A stretch of 64,000 nucleotides of DNA, taken from Octopus sinensis (lineage: Eukaryota). Position 1 is the first letter of the stretch. Each line of letters begins with the position of its first letter. The stretch lies in NCBI RefSeq assembly GCF_006345805.1, contig NC_043001.1:35712001-35776000 (forward strand), given 5' to 3'. Shown here piece after piece: positions 1-14,648 of the stretch. The translations under genes and the position numbers were made by a program. The notes under the pieces are model-generated. The model ran no database searches. It saw only the letters and a list, made by a program, of their open reading frames with translations, and was not told the origin of the DNA.

Positions 1-904
1 GTCCTACCCCTCCACATACTTAAACTGTGTTCCTTATTAAGAAAGGCTTGTGTTAAAATATGTTCCATTTATGTTGCTAAATCACTGCAAGTAGAAGTAA
101 AAGTTTGAATAATGAACAAAGGATCATGACAGATTTCCCTAACAGAAAGTTGGTTGATGGTAGGGGATTCAAAAGAAGTGAGGGGGAGAAAAAAAAACAG
201 GCATAATAGACTCAGTAAACCCGAAATGCATTTTGAATTGAGTTTTGTGGCAACAGGAAACATGATTCAATAAAGTGAAGCTGAATGAAGGAACATCAGG
301 AATCCTATAGCCAGACCACAGGAATCCTATTTCTGCATTACAGTAAATAATAGCCATGTTATTAGGGGAGACACACACACAAAGACAGACTGAGACACAC
401 ATGTAAATACACCCAGACACACACATCCATTCACACAAACATACTCACTCATAAATAGTTCTCTTCAATATAACACTTGTTCATAAAATTGCAGTTTAAC
501 TTTTCTCATTCATATGAGTATTTGGTGAATTGTTAGAATAGCTGTTGCTGCTTTTGTGAAAGGGGAAATTTCCTTTTGTAAGTGTCTGAATAGAAGTTAC
601 AGGATCATTAGTTATAGCGTAAAGAGGAAATGCAATGGTGATATTAATATGCCCCCTACCTAAACCTGATGGCAATCTCTCTTTTTTTCTTTCTCATTCT
701 AACTGTGTATTGGAATTTTCCCACATAAATGCATAGACAGGTCCTTTTTTTTTTTTAAGATATGTAACGATAAATTTATTTTATATGTCCATTAAAGGGG
801 AGAGATGAGATAACATTTTAATCATATATGATTGACTAAGACTTACTAAAGATATTGTCTCCTCCTATTTTCTTCTGCACCTTATATAGGTTTAAATTTT
901 GGCA

Positions 905-1290
905 CAAGGCCAGTAATTTCTAGAAAGGAGTTAAGTTGATTACATTGACCACAGTACTCAACTGGCACTTATTTTAGGTACTCAACTGGTACTTATTTTA
1001 ACAACTCCGAAAGGATTAAAGATGACGTTGACCTTGGTAGAATTTGAACTCAGAATATAAAGATGGACTAAATACCTATTTCTTTACTACTCACAAGGGG
1101 CTAAACACAGAAGGGACAAACAAGGACAGAAAAATGGATTAAGTCGATTATATTGACCCCAGTGCGTAATTGATTCTTATTTAATCGACCCCGAAAGGAC
1201 GAAAGGCAAAGTCGACCTCGGCGGGATTTGAAAGATGGGCTAAAAACCACTAAGCATTTTGTCCAGCATGCAAATGATTCTGCCATCTCA
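905..1290 (-). mobile_element. SINE family B multimer, degenerate
   Basis: Two copies of GGCAAAGTCGACCTCGGCGG-like sequence with the same junction at ~1070. Further family B copies at ~9525-9745, ~13950-14115, ~28715-28810 (all -), ~55820-55975 and ~59070-59190 (+). Confidence 0.75.
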
Positions 1291-1499
1291 CCACTTTCTG
1301 CACTTTTATGAATATTTTTCAGTGACATTGAATATTAAATCAATGATATCAGCAGCATCAACAACATCAAAAATAGAGATAAAGGAAGATTATTTTATTG
1401 CTATTCCAATAATTTTCCGAAGAGTCCTATTTTTGTAATTACACAATTTCACAGAACGAAGAAACATATCTGTATGCCTTGATGAAAGTGAAGCATTTT

Positions 1500-1700
1500 A
1501 TTCAGATTTTGTATTTCTTACTATATTGAATGTAATTTAGAGATTAGCAGTGCTATTTTCTGCACTTTGAGTGGTCCTTATATTTTGGTCATGCATTTGC
1601 CTTCTGCATGCTTTTTAATCTCTTCCAAGTTACTTATTATTACAGAGACTGTTTCTGTTTCTGCCCCAACATTCTGGCTATCTCTATTGTTAGATTTTCA
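1500..1700 (-). pseudogene. Second 3' fragment of the same RLE-type LINE family
   Basis: Minus-strand translation gives NLTIEIARML / ETVSVII...VQKIALL, with stops. Confidence 0.55.
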
Positions 1701-1704
1701 TATT

Positions 1705-2093
1705 TACTCTTTTCTTTTACTCTTTTACTTGTTTCAGTCAGTTGACTGCGGCCATGCTGGAGCACCGCCTTTAGTCAAGCAATTCGACCCCGGGACTTAT
1801 TCTTTGTAAGCCAAGTACTTATTCTATCGGTCTCTTTTGCCGAACCGCTAAGTAACGGGGACATAAACACACCAGCATCGGTTGTCAAGCAATGCTAGGG
1901 GGACAAACACAGACACACATACACATACATACATATATATATATATACATATATACGACGGGCTTCTTTCAGTTTCCGTCTACCAAATTCGCTCACAAGG
2001 CTTTGGTCGGCCCGAGGCTATAGTAGAAGACACTTGGGACTGAACCCGAAACCATGTGGTTGGTAAACAAGCTACTTACCACACAGCCACTCC
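1705..2093 (-). mobile_element. CORE-type tRNA SINE family A (Octopus OR-like)
   Basis: Head GGAGTGGCTGTGTGGTAAG...GGTTCAGTCCC, internal (TA/CA)n, tail ...GAAACAAGTAAAAGAGTAAAAG. The CORE-like CCTTGGGCAAGTGTC seen in other copies is partly deleted here. Family name is from memory. Confidence 0.8.
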
Positions 2094-2221
2094 ACTTCTC
2101 CATTTCATTTTGGTATATATTATTTGCTTTTCCAACATACATATTGAAGTTGGAAATATTTACACAGCAAAAGAACTGTAATATTAAGTTTTTATTTTAC
2201 TTTCTCATAAAGTATTATAAA

Positions 2222-2484
2222 AATAATAAAATAAATGCACCCTTTTAAAGCCTAGCCAGGCTCATGGGCCCGGTTTCCCAGTTTCCATGGCATATGTGTT
2301 CCCCTGGTGGACGGGACGCCAGTCCATCACAACATTACTCATTTTTGCCAGCTGAGTATATTGGAGCAACATGAAATGAAGTGTTTTGCTCAAGAACACA
2401 ATACATCACCCAGTCCAGGAATCGAAACCACAATCTTACAATCATAGTGCTGATACCCTAACCACTAACCCATGCACCTCCACT
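2222..2484 (-). mobile_element. SINE family C (tRNA head + CORE-like + V-like segment)
   Basis: 15-bp TSD ATAAAGTATTATAAA (2207, 2485); reverse complement of the 8481 copy. Confidence 0.85.
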
Positions 2485-2559
2485 ATAAAGTATTATAAAG
2501 CACTTATAATGCAGAGAAACAATGAATGGTTCAAAATTTGTAGAAAGGAATCTAATGAT

Positions 2560-4440
2560 TAGTCTGTTTTATTTTCTAGGATTAAGTCTATTAAATAAGG
2601 TGCTTTAAAACCTGTTCACCATCTGCATACTTTTTAATCCCTTTTAAGTTACTTATTATTAGAGAGACTATTTATGTTTCAGCCCCAGCATTCTGGTTAC
2701 CTCTGTTGCTAGATCTTCATAACTGGATAACTTCTCCATTTCATGTAGAGATATAATATTGACTTTTCTAATATAAATGTCGATTATGAGGCATTTCTGC
2801 ATCGTTGGCCCTTGGAAACTAAATCCATCAGATGAATTTTGATATATCTGCTTGTGCAGACTGGCATATACCAAGATATTGTTGTCTTAGCATTGTCAAT
2901 GATTCATTCTGGACTACACTTACAGTATACAGTGTCCCTTTTGCTAGTATCAGGTCATCCCATAAATAATGCAATTGTTTCAATTGCATGAACTAAAAGT
3001 AGGAAGGGGACAGGATAAACTACTGGCATCAACTTGCTATAAAACTAGGTAGTAATTTTACCTTGTACTTATTCTTAGTGCAAGTTTTGAAGGGTGCAGT
3101 TTGATTTTAACAGTTATTCTTTCAAAGCTATAATGGAAGTGACAAAGGAACATATCCGGCATATTTTGTTTTATGAGTTCAATAAAGGCAACAATGAAAG
3201 GGAAAGTGTGAGGAATATTAATGCAGCATATGGGCATCGGACAATAAGTGTAAGCCAGTGTCTATGGAAGTTCCAGAAATTCCGAGCTGGAAACTACAGC
3301 ATAGAAGATCAGCTTCATCCTGGTGGTTTTGTAAACCTTGGTGGAACAAAATCCCATCGTAACTTTTGAGAAACTAACAGAGATGCATGGATTTGGTCGT
3401 TCAACCATTCACTGATATCTGTGTGCCATTGGAAAAGTCAGCAACTTGGGTCAATGGGTTTCTCACAAACTTTCTGAGTCTGATCACATGCAGGAAGTGA
3501 ATGCATAACACTCTCTTTCATTTGTATGATTTCTGATGTCTATTTATTGATCATTATCCATGTAAATTCTTTGCTGTCACATCTCATGATTGAATCATTT
3601 TGACCAAATAGTGACTGGTGATGAGAAATGGGTTCTCTAAAAAAATGTCCAACACCAAAGACAGTGGGCAGGGAAAGGAGAAACACCAGCACCCCAGGCT
3701 AAAGAAGGTCTTCACCCACGTTAGGTGTTATATTATCTGTTTGGTGGGATATGAAAGGTTTAGTCCACTTTAAACTTTTAAACCCAAACCAAACGATAAC
3801 AAAGAAGATCTACTGTGAACAACTTGAGCAGCTTAAGTCAGCGCTAGAAGAAAAACAATTGTGTTTGGTTTCAAGACGAAAGGTGTTCTTCCATCAGGAT
3901 AATGCTCAGTTACATACAAGCAAGGATGTCTTCCAAAGGCTGGAGCAGTTTGAATGAGAAATGATGCCCCACCCACCATATTTGCAGGACATTGCCCGTC
4001 TGATTATCATTTATTCCACAATCTTCAAAATCATCTGGATTGAAAAAATATAAATTCTGTAGATGAGCTCAGAACAATACTGGAGGAGTATTTTTCGTCA
4101 CAGACAAGTGAATTTTGGAAGAGAGGCCTTGCAAGTCTACCAGATAGAGGAAGAGCATTGTAGAAAATGAAGGACAGTATATTTTAGATTAAAATTTGAA
4201 TTTTGTTCATCTTAACTTTGAAAAACTAAAAGAAGTATAAAAAAAACATCATTTATGGAATGACCCATTATTTCATTATGCTTGGCTGTCTAAGGTCCTT
4301 TCTTGCAACCAGAAACAAATAGATAGAGCAAATATATTTTTCCAGCCTTTACACATTCTGCAGTTATTTCATGAATTCTTAATCTCCTGCTTTCCATAGA
4401 TTCTGATTGGAAGTCTTTGATCTCGTGCCTCAATCAAAAA
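2560..4440 (-). pseudogene. Remnant of an RLE-type (R4/Dong- or NeSL-like) LINE C-terminus, split by the mariner at 2950-4268
   Basis: Left part resembles the restriction-like endonuclease region (KCLIIDI...EMEKLSSYEDLATEVTRM, ORF 2668..2874); right part (4271-4440) resembles the upstream zinc-knuckle region (ARDQRLPIR...CRMC). Confidence 0.65.
2950..4268 (+). mobile_element. Full-length decayed mariner transposon
   Basis: TIRs TCAGGTCATCCCATAAATAATG / CATCATTTATGGAATGACCCAT between TA dinucleotides; broken transposase (MEVTKEHIRHILFYEFNKG..., VTGDEKW-like, HQDNA) in ORFs 3094 and 3751, with stops and frameshifts. Confidence 0.9.
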
Positions 4441-6909
4441 TCTAATCTTAGTTTACAATCACTTCTCAGATAGTATTATGATTTTTTTCTGTGTGTACCT
4501 ACTCAGTTTAGTAAGACAGCTAGAGCATAGCTACAATATAAACTTTTTTTTTTCATTTAGCTCTACCTTAAGTATTAATCTAATGCTTCTATAATATACT
4601 TTCACAACATTCTCTTTCATTTGTATATGATTTCTGATGTCTATTGATCATTATCCATGTAAATTCATGATTTCTGAATTCCTTACTTATGCCTGTGCTG
4701 TAAATGTTCCTTTGAAAAGGATAAACCTCACATAATGTTATTTTCTTGCCTTATAATTGTGTAGGTAGTTTTAGTACCAATGCAAGATTTCTAACATAGG
4801 TACACATTAAACTGCATATTTGGAATTATGGTGCATATTGTCCATTGTATTAATCTCAGTACTTGACAGGTACATTTCTTATCAACTACAGATATCTATT
4901 TTATCAACCAGATTTGTGTTTATGCAAAAAAAAACATACTTATTTTTAATGTAGGTGTAGAAATTGCCACATATTCAAAGGTGAAAGAATGCATAGTCAA
5001 TTGTATCAATCTCAACCCTTTACTGATACTTAATTTTATTGACCCCTGAATGATGAAATGCAAAGCCAAGCCTGCAGGGATTTTAAAAGAGATTGTAAAG
5101 GGCCATAGCTAATACAATGCTTTATATATGATACCAGTCTCCAGCCTTCTAACTAGTGTTATAAAACCACAATAAGCTAAAAGATAATTTTCAGGTGAAT
5201 AGAAATAGTGAAATGCATTTAATTCCAGGTGGGATTTTAATTGTATGGAAATGACATGAATTCTCTTAGGTCAGCATCTCAGTTAAGCTGCTAGAAAGAG
5301 CAGTTAAAATGCTCTCAACTCAAGCATTACAAGCTTCAAAAGTACAGAAATACACACTGAAAAATATAATCCTAAGTTGAGATGATCATGGCTGGAACAC
5401 TTTTGATAATGAATCAGATGCAGCCATGTAGGGGCAATGTTTTGAAGTCTTTAGATGAACAGTACATGACTCAGTATTTTTTTGTTTTGCTTTTTTAAAC
5501 ACTAGTACTTATTGTGTGTGTCTCTTATGGTGAGATACTAAGTTGTGGGGATGTGAACAAACCAACACCAGTTGTCAAGTGATGGTGGACAAGCACAAAC
5601 AGTCTTCTATATGACAGTCTTCTTTCAGTTTCTGTCTACCAAATCCAGTCACAACGCTTTGGTCAGCCCAAAGATATAGTAGAAGACACTTACCCAAGTT
5701 GCCATGCAGTGGAACTGAACCCAGAACCATGTGGCTCAGAAGCAAATTTCTTACCACATAACCATGCCTGCACCTCCACACATCCATACCTGTGTCTCCT
5801 CACATATATATACAACGGGCTTTTTCACAGTTTCTGTCTACCAAAACCACCCACAAGACCTTGGTCAGCTCAGAGCTTTTGTAGAAGACACTTACTGAAC
5901 TGCTAAGTTGCAAGGACATAAACACACCAGCACAGGTTGTCAAGCAGTGATGGTGGGACAAACAGACACAAAGACGCACAAATCTTATGTCCCTGCCGTA
6001 AGGCCTTACTTCCACACACGCCAGCTTCAATTCGTCCTTGGTCGAAAGACACCTGTTGTTATATCCTGTTATTTGTATTTGTGTAACATTCTCTTTTTTT
6101 TCCATTCCTTGTTTTCGTATACATTCGCTGCTCTCTTCCAAGCAATCTAATGCTCTTAGCTTAGTTTTTCCTTGGGGCTGGCCAGATTGGAGCAATCTCG
6201 AGTATAACCAGCCAAAATTGCAAAGATAATCTGGAACTCGACTGAGGATAGAAAACTCCGAATGACCCGTCCTTGTTTTCTTTGTATCGTCTGTCTGGAT
6301 GTTTTGTTGTCCCATTTTTGTATTTTTAATACATATATATATAACTGGCTTTTTTCGGTTTCTGTCTACTACATCTAATCATTAGGTTTTGGTCAGCCCA
6401 GAGCTTTTGACAAAGACACTTGCCAAAGGTGCCACACAGTAGTATTGAACCCTGAAACCATGTTGCAGGGAAACAAATGTCTTACCATACAGCCAAAGCA
6501 ACAACAAAAAAATAATACCAAAACCAGTATTATTTGAGAAAAGCATAAACGTCCTACAGTTATATATATAGATATATATATATACATGAGTATGTAGTTT
6601 TGTGTTTAAAGTAGGAAATCAATATTTTAGAAAATATGAAATGTTGTTGATAAGACAACATCACTGAAGTTGAGGTAAAGTAGAACAACATTTTATGAAA
6701 TGAATCTACATACAGACAGACTGATGGTTCTCGGGCGATATATAATTTGTTGGCTAACTAACAAAAGAACGGGAAAAATGATAACGAAATATATAAAAAA
6801 AAAATAAGCCTTGAAGGAAACAATTAGAAATTGATTGAAAACTGCTTGCCGAAGTTGTGATGGAGATTGGACGTGTAGTAGCAGTGGCGGTGGTAGCAGC
6901 AGCAGCCAC

Positions 6910-6944
<35 letters not shown>

Positions 6945-7272
6945 GTGATGGTGGTAGCAAATGATGCTGGTGATATATAATGGAACTGTGAAGTTAGATG
7001 GTTTCGGAGACAGAAACTTCAGATGGAAATTGAATGTTGTGTATTATTATTGTGAGATGTGTGGCTAGCTGGTCGGTCGGTTGGTTGGATGGAAGGATGG
7101 AAGGATGGATGGATGGAAGGATGGATGGATGGATGGTTGTCAGGTTGGTTGGTTGGTTAGTTGGCTGGCTAGTTGGTTAGTTTTGAATGTAGTAGTGACT
7201 GTAACCAGAATTGGCTTGCTGTGATGTTGATTGACGTCTGGCAGTAAAATATACAAAAAGAAATTCAGAGAA

Positions 7273-7313
<41 letters not shown>

Positions 7314-7667
7314 CCGGCGTGTGGTTATGTGCGTGTGTAGGTTGATAGATAGATAGATAGATAGATAGATAGACAGATAAACAGATAGATAGTTACATAT
7401 GCACACACACACATATAGATGCGTACCTACAGATATATGCATATATAAATATTATATATATATATATATTATAATATATATATATATATAATATATATAT
7501 ATATATATTATATATATATATTATATACATATATCATTACATACATAATACATATATAAACACACACATATATATATATATATTATATATATATATATAC
7601 ATACATACATATATTTTATATCTATATCTATATCTGTATCTATCTATATATCTATCTATATATATAT

Positions 7668-7726
<59 letters not shown>

Positions 7727-7928
7727 TTGGATGGATGCATGCATGTATGAATGAATGTATGTATATGTACATCTGTATGTATGCATATAAGTATTTTCAC
7801 GCATATGTACATAAACACACATCTCTGCACAAGCCCTCACACGAACATAAACATTCAGACGCACGCACAACGAGATTTTCAAGTGAGAACAACGTATGAA
7901 AGAAAGAAAAAAAAAAATGATATTTTAC

Positions 7929-8177
7929 CCAATACGTAAAGAGTCCGGAGATTTTGCCTCGGGTAATGGTAACGGTCATAACTGTCGCGGCGGCTACGTG
8001 AATGGTAGGAGTGGGAAGAATGAGAAAGATGAGAGGAACTCATACCGGAGGCATGAGATCGATTATCGCTGTCACTCTTGAAATGAGTACCAGATTCTCG
8101 TCCGGATTCCCGATCCCTGTCATTCACAAGCAACTCGTGCTGTTCCCTGGCCATGTCACCATTATCACCCTTTGCGT
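7929..8177 (-). CDS. PTK7: PTK7/otk-like juxtamembrane exon and kinase-domain entry (NAKGDNGDMAREQHELL...SRRDSYDRYHYPRQNLRTLYVLG)
   Basis: Overlaps ORF 7879..8154; AAACAG acceptor, G|GTAAAA donor; 249 nt, phase 1-1. YPRQNLRTLYVLG matches the recalled PTK7 kinase entry (FPRSSLQPITTLG). Confidence 0.88.
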
Positions 8178-8480
8178 CTGTTTCAATGAAAAAAAAGAAA
8201 AAAAGAAAGAAAAGAGATAAATTTTAAACATTAGACAGCAACATTGAGAATTCTGGATTCTTAGGAAACCAGGATATGAGAATTTATCTGATGCTCTGAT
8301 ATCTTTTTTTTCTTTTTTTTTTTTGTTAATATTTATATGGATTGCAGCCATGCTGGAGCACAATTGCGCACAGTTTAGTCGAACATCCCCCAGTACTTAT
8401 TTTTTGAAAGAAAAGTCTGAAACTTATTCCATCGAATTCTTTGCTGAACAATTGAGTTATGGGAGCGTAAACAATCCAAC

Positions 8481-8740
8481 GTGGAGGCGCGTGGCTTAGT
8501 GGTTAGGATGTCAGCATCATGATCGTAAGATTATAGTTTCGATTCCTGGACCGAGCGACGCGTTGTGTTCTTGAGCAAAACACTTCATTTCACGTTGCTC
8601 CAGTATACTTAGCTAGCAAAAATGAGTAACACTGCGATGGACTGGTGTCCTGTCCAGCTGGGGAACACATACGCCATAGAAACTGGGAAACCGGGCCCAT
8701 GAGCCTGGCTAGACTTTAAAAGGGAGCATTTATTTATTTT
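8481..8740 (+). mobile_element. SINE family C nested inside a family A SINE
   Basis: A and B boxes; 13-bp TSD TAAACAATCCAAC (8468, 8741); (ATTT)n tail; family A sequence resumes on both sides. Confidence 0.9.
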
Positions 8741-9896
8741 TAAACAATCCAACACTGGTTTTCAAGCGAGGGAGGAGTCACTCACACACACACACACACA
8801 CATTCGACAATTTCTACACAGTTTCTGTCTAGCGAATTCACTCACAAGGCATTGGTTAGCCCGGGGCTAGAGCAGAGGACACTTGTCCAATGTGCCGCGC
8901 AGTGGGACTGAACCCGGAACCATGTGGTTGCAAAGAGAGCTTCTTAATCACACACCCATGGTTACACTTCCGCTACCGTACAGAGTTTCGTTCACCATCC
9001 CAAATTACTATGTATGCCATTATGTTGATTTATATCTAGATTTCTCTCAATGGGGAAAGAGCCGGTTTCAAATTTAGATCCAAAACTCCGTCATTGAAAT
9101 TTCGACAACGTCAATAATGTATTAGTTGAGCACATAAGTGTGCAACTATTTGGAGTCAGTAGATGTGCAGATTTGCATGTTTTAGGTATGTGCACTCATG
9201 CACATAGTTGCACGTCTAAACGTACATTTGTACTTACGTTAAGCTGTTGGAATGTTTTATTATATTTTGACAGTTCCATTGATTGCTTGTGTCTGTAGTC
9301 TTGTAATTAGCTTTCGTCTTTCTGGTTTAGAGAATCCTAATTTCTCAAGGTTGATGTTGAGCCAGTTGGCTACACATCGTAATGTCCAATAATTACGGGT
9401 GTAAATCAGAACTAATTTTAGCAGCTGATCCGTACACAAAATAGAAATTTTAGATATTTATAAAAATCAAAGCAACCTATCGCCACCCTACCGCTCCCTT
9501 TGTCCCCAGTACATACCTATTTCTTTACTACCCACAAGGGGCTAAACACAGAGAGGACAAACAAGGACAGACAAACGGATTAAGTCAATTATATCGACCC
9601 CAGTGCGTAACTGGTACTTATTTAATCGACCCCGAAAGGATGAAAGGCAAAGTCGACCTCGGCGGAATTTGAACTCAGAACGTAACGGCAGACGAAATAC
9701 GGCTACGCATTTCGCCCGGCGTGCTAACGTTCCTGCCAGCTCGCCACCTTTGTCCCCAGTACACATATAAATCTTTCTATTGGTTCCCAGTGGGGGCAAC
9801 ACCTCCCACTTTGAGAAGTACCGATTTAGAAGATTTGGTTATATTAAGAAAAGCCATCTGTCACTGGTTCTCTCCCCCCTCTCCGCCTCTCTCTCA

Positions 9897-9944
<48 letters not shown>

Positions 9945-10166
9945 TACATACACATACACATTCACTCTTCCATATAATTTTATGCTACCATGTCTTATTG
10001 TGGATTTTCAAAGTTATTTATATCAAACGACGCATATTTATTCGATGTAGTAGCGATTCGCATTTCCTTATTGCATGCATTCATGGGCAAGAGCGTTGCG
10101 TAGTAAAGACGTGCTCAGATAAGCTTCCAATCAAGCAATCCCAAGTTTAATACAACAAACACGTAC

Positions 10167-10340
10167 TTGGTGAAAACGCTTTCCTGTTTCGTCTTTGCAT
10201 TAAAAGCCGGTAACTACAGAAGGCCGTGAGGCCAATAACAAGTGCGAGATAAGCTCCAGCGCTGCAAACAGCTATTATCACTGTCTTCATCATATTGAAA
10301 CTGTCTTCCTGCTTTATAGTCTTCTCATACTCGGCAGCAC
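10167..10340 (-). CDS. PTK7: PTK7/otk-like transmembrane exon (SAAEYEKTIKQEDSFNMMKTVIIAVCSAGAYLALVIGLTAFCSYRLLMQRRNRKAFSP)
   Basis: Manual translation; TTTTAACAG acceptor, A|GTACGT donor; hydrophobic helix followed by basic stop-transfer residues; 174 nt, phase 1-1. Not in the ORF track. Confidence 0.92.
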
Positions 10341-10439
10341 CTGTTAAAAGAGATGACGACAGAGATCAACGTAATTTGACGGTTTCAAAATATATCTTTT
10401 ATCCGTTTTCGTTGTTTGGAATTAAAAAGATGTGTATGT

Positions 10440-12005
<1,566 letters not shown>

Positions 12006-12430
12006 TGAACTTGATCTTCAGTGTAATTATAGGCATACCATGCCACGTCAGGTAGTGATCAACATAAACATTCTATAATGAACGAATGCCTAAAGAAAGA
12101 TTTCGAAGGGAAACATGCTTGCATGAAATTTTCCTTTCAAATTAAGAACTTTTACGGAGATTTTGATTATGTTGCAGCAACCCTATAGGGAATAGTGCTT
12201 GCGCCATGCAAAAATGTCACGAATGCGCACATGCATGTTTGTATATGTATCACTGTGTGTGTATGTTTGTACGCGTGCGTTTCTATGTTCTGTATAGCAT
12301 TTCTTCATTGTCAGTTCTCTTGCCTCCCACAAAATCTTTCAAATGCTCAGACGTTTTCTTTTATTATTTCGTTGCTCTTACCGTTGGCTTTCTACTCCAT
12401 CAACACTTGTTACCTCTTCTGTATTCCCCG

Positions 12431-12472
<42 letters not shown>

Positions 12473-13474
12473 CATTCATTAATCTCAATTTAATTATTCT
12501 TGAACGTCAGCGAACAATTAATTTCTCTCCGAAGAAGGAGTTTGCTTGAAACGTTGGACATCTCATCCACCTCCTCCAAATTTTAAAATTTACTTTACTG
12601 CTTGAAGTATTTCTGTTACATATTGCGTACACGAAACATAACTAGATCCTTCGGGCTCTGTTACTTGACCGCAGCATTGGAACAGTTCGCTATTCAAAAC
12701 AATGGCAACGTTTGTTTGATTAATTTGCAGACTGGAATTCATCTGTTCACGTGGACCAAGGAAAATTTCATCTTAACAGCCCACAGATCTAATCACTCAT
12801 ATACTTATATCTCTGAAAATTTAATTAAGTTCATTATTTGTTAACTTTGGCAACCTAATAATCACATGTGACAAATTGATTGCCATGACGAATAACAGAT
12901 GGAAAATATATAGTGATTTTCTTTTATATCTTGTATCCTTTATTTGTGTCCATCATTAGACTGCAGCTATTCTGGAGCACCTCCTTGAAGGATTTTTAGT
13001 CGAATGGATCGAGACAAATAATTAACTTCTTTTTAAGCCTGCTTCTTATTCTATCAGTTTCTTTTGCCGAACAGTTGTTGTCAAGCAGTGTTGAGGGACA
13101 AACACAAACAGATACACACGCAACGAGTACCCACCACCGAGGAGAGCCAATAGAGATCGAAACCACGTGGTCTGGTGGGCTTGAAGCTAGGGTGACAGGA
13201 GTTACCACCCGCTTGCCATAAATTGCTACAATTACATAAGTTTCTTTATGCTGCCAAGCGCAAACAAAACATACAAAAAATTCTTCAGTATATTATAAAT
13301 AGAAAGATGTGATATTAATGCATTTCTATGATATATGGCTTACGTAAAGCATTTCCAGCAAGGAATCAATAAGTGTATCGTATGCAGAACCCATTGAAAC
13401 CTTCGTAGAGTACACAAGAAAACGCCATGACACAATTAAAACAAACTCCTTAGGTATAGGAATATTTTTTTATT

Positions 13475-13895
13475 CTTTTATTTGCTTCAGTCATTTGTCT
13501 GCGGCAATGCTGGAGCACCGCCCTGAAGGATTTTAGTCAAACAAATCGAATCGACCCCAGGACTATTTTTTAAAGCCTAGCACTTATTCTATCGGCCTCT
13601 TTTGCCCAACCGCTAAGTTACGGGGACGTAAAGACACCAACACCGGTTATCAAGCAGTGATGGGGAACACATACAGACACACAGGCTGATTTATACATGC
13701 ACACACACACATAAACACACACACACACACACACGACGGGCTTCTTTCCGTTTCTGTCTACCAAATCCGCTCACAAAGCTTTGGCTGACACGAGACTATC
13801 GTAGAAAACACTCGCTCAAGGAGCCACGCCGTGGGACTGAACCCGGAACTTAGTGGTTGGGAAGTAAACTTCTTACCACACAGCAACGCCTGCAC
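13475..13895 (-). mobile_element. SINE family A copy
   Basis: Full-length diverged copy; boundaries approximate. Confidence 0.8.
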
Positions 13896-14527
13896 CTACG
13901 AATATATTTTTCGAATTTTGACGCGAAGCCAGCAATTCTCAGAGCAGGGGTCAGTTCTATTTAATCAACCCCATTGGTCAGCTGGTACTTTATTACACCG
14001 ACCGCGAAAACATAAAAGGCAAAGCAAAGTCGATCTTGGCGGCATCTGAACTCAGAACGTAAAGAGCCGGAAGAAATGTTGCTAAGCAGCATTTTGTCCG
14101 GCGTGATAATGACTCTACCGGCTAGCTACCTGATGGATAAGTATTAGCTTCCAAATATTAGCTTTCAGAAAAATCACCCTCGTGATCCTTTTCAGAAGTT
14201 GAGCTATTTGTACGTGTAGTCTTCTCTTAAATTAATTAACTGTTAATTGTTGTTGCTGGTGTTGTTGTTGTTGTTGTTGTTGTAGTTGGTGTATTCATGT
14301 CAAGAAACGAAATTATTCTAATTGCATTTCTTTCAGGCTGACATTATTTTAATCACATCACATCACAAAAGTCTCTCTTATCACTGAACTTCAAGAAATT
14401 CTCCTTTCCCCATTCACCTTCACATGAATGAACAAGTAAGAACAACAACAACAACAACAACAACAACAATAATAAAAACTAAACAAACGAAGGAGAAAAG
14501 AAGGCAATCGTAACAAAAGCAACTTAC

Positions 14528-14648
14528 TCGCAACATCCAGGTAAGCTTCGTAGCGTTGAAGACCCGCCGTATTGTTTGCAGTGCAGCCATACCGCCCCTT
14601 GTCTTCCATGAATACCTTAGATATCAAAAGGGTACCGTTGCCCAGCAT
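14528..14648 (-). CDS. PTK7: PTK7/otk-like coding exon: C-half of Ig7 (MLGNGTLLISKVFMEDKGRYGCTANNTAGLQRYEAYLDVA)
   Basis: Within ORF 14391..14660; TTTTTCAG acceptor, A|GTAAGT donor; NGTL...DKGRYGC; 121 nt, phase 0 to 1. Confidence 0.93.

Noticed and set aside
1-7928. Expected next exon starting the kinase domain (G-loop)
   Set aside because: Manual scanning found no convincing minus-strand kinase exon; probably left of the window, although a short exon could have been missed.
7896-8220. Plus-strand ORFs 7896..8081 and 8002..8220 (also 10295..10642, 14556..14792, 42198..42410, 59399..59632)
   Set aside because: Antisense shadows of the minus-strand PTK7 exons.
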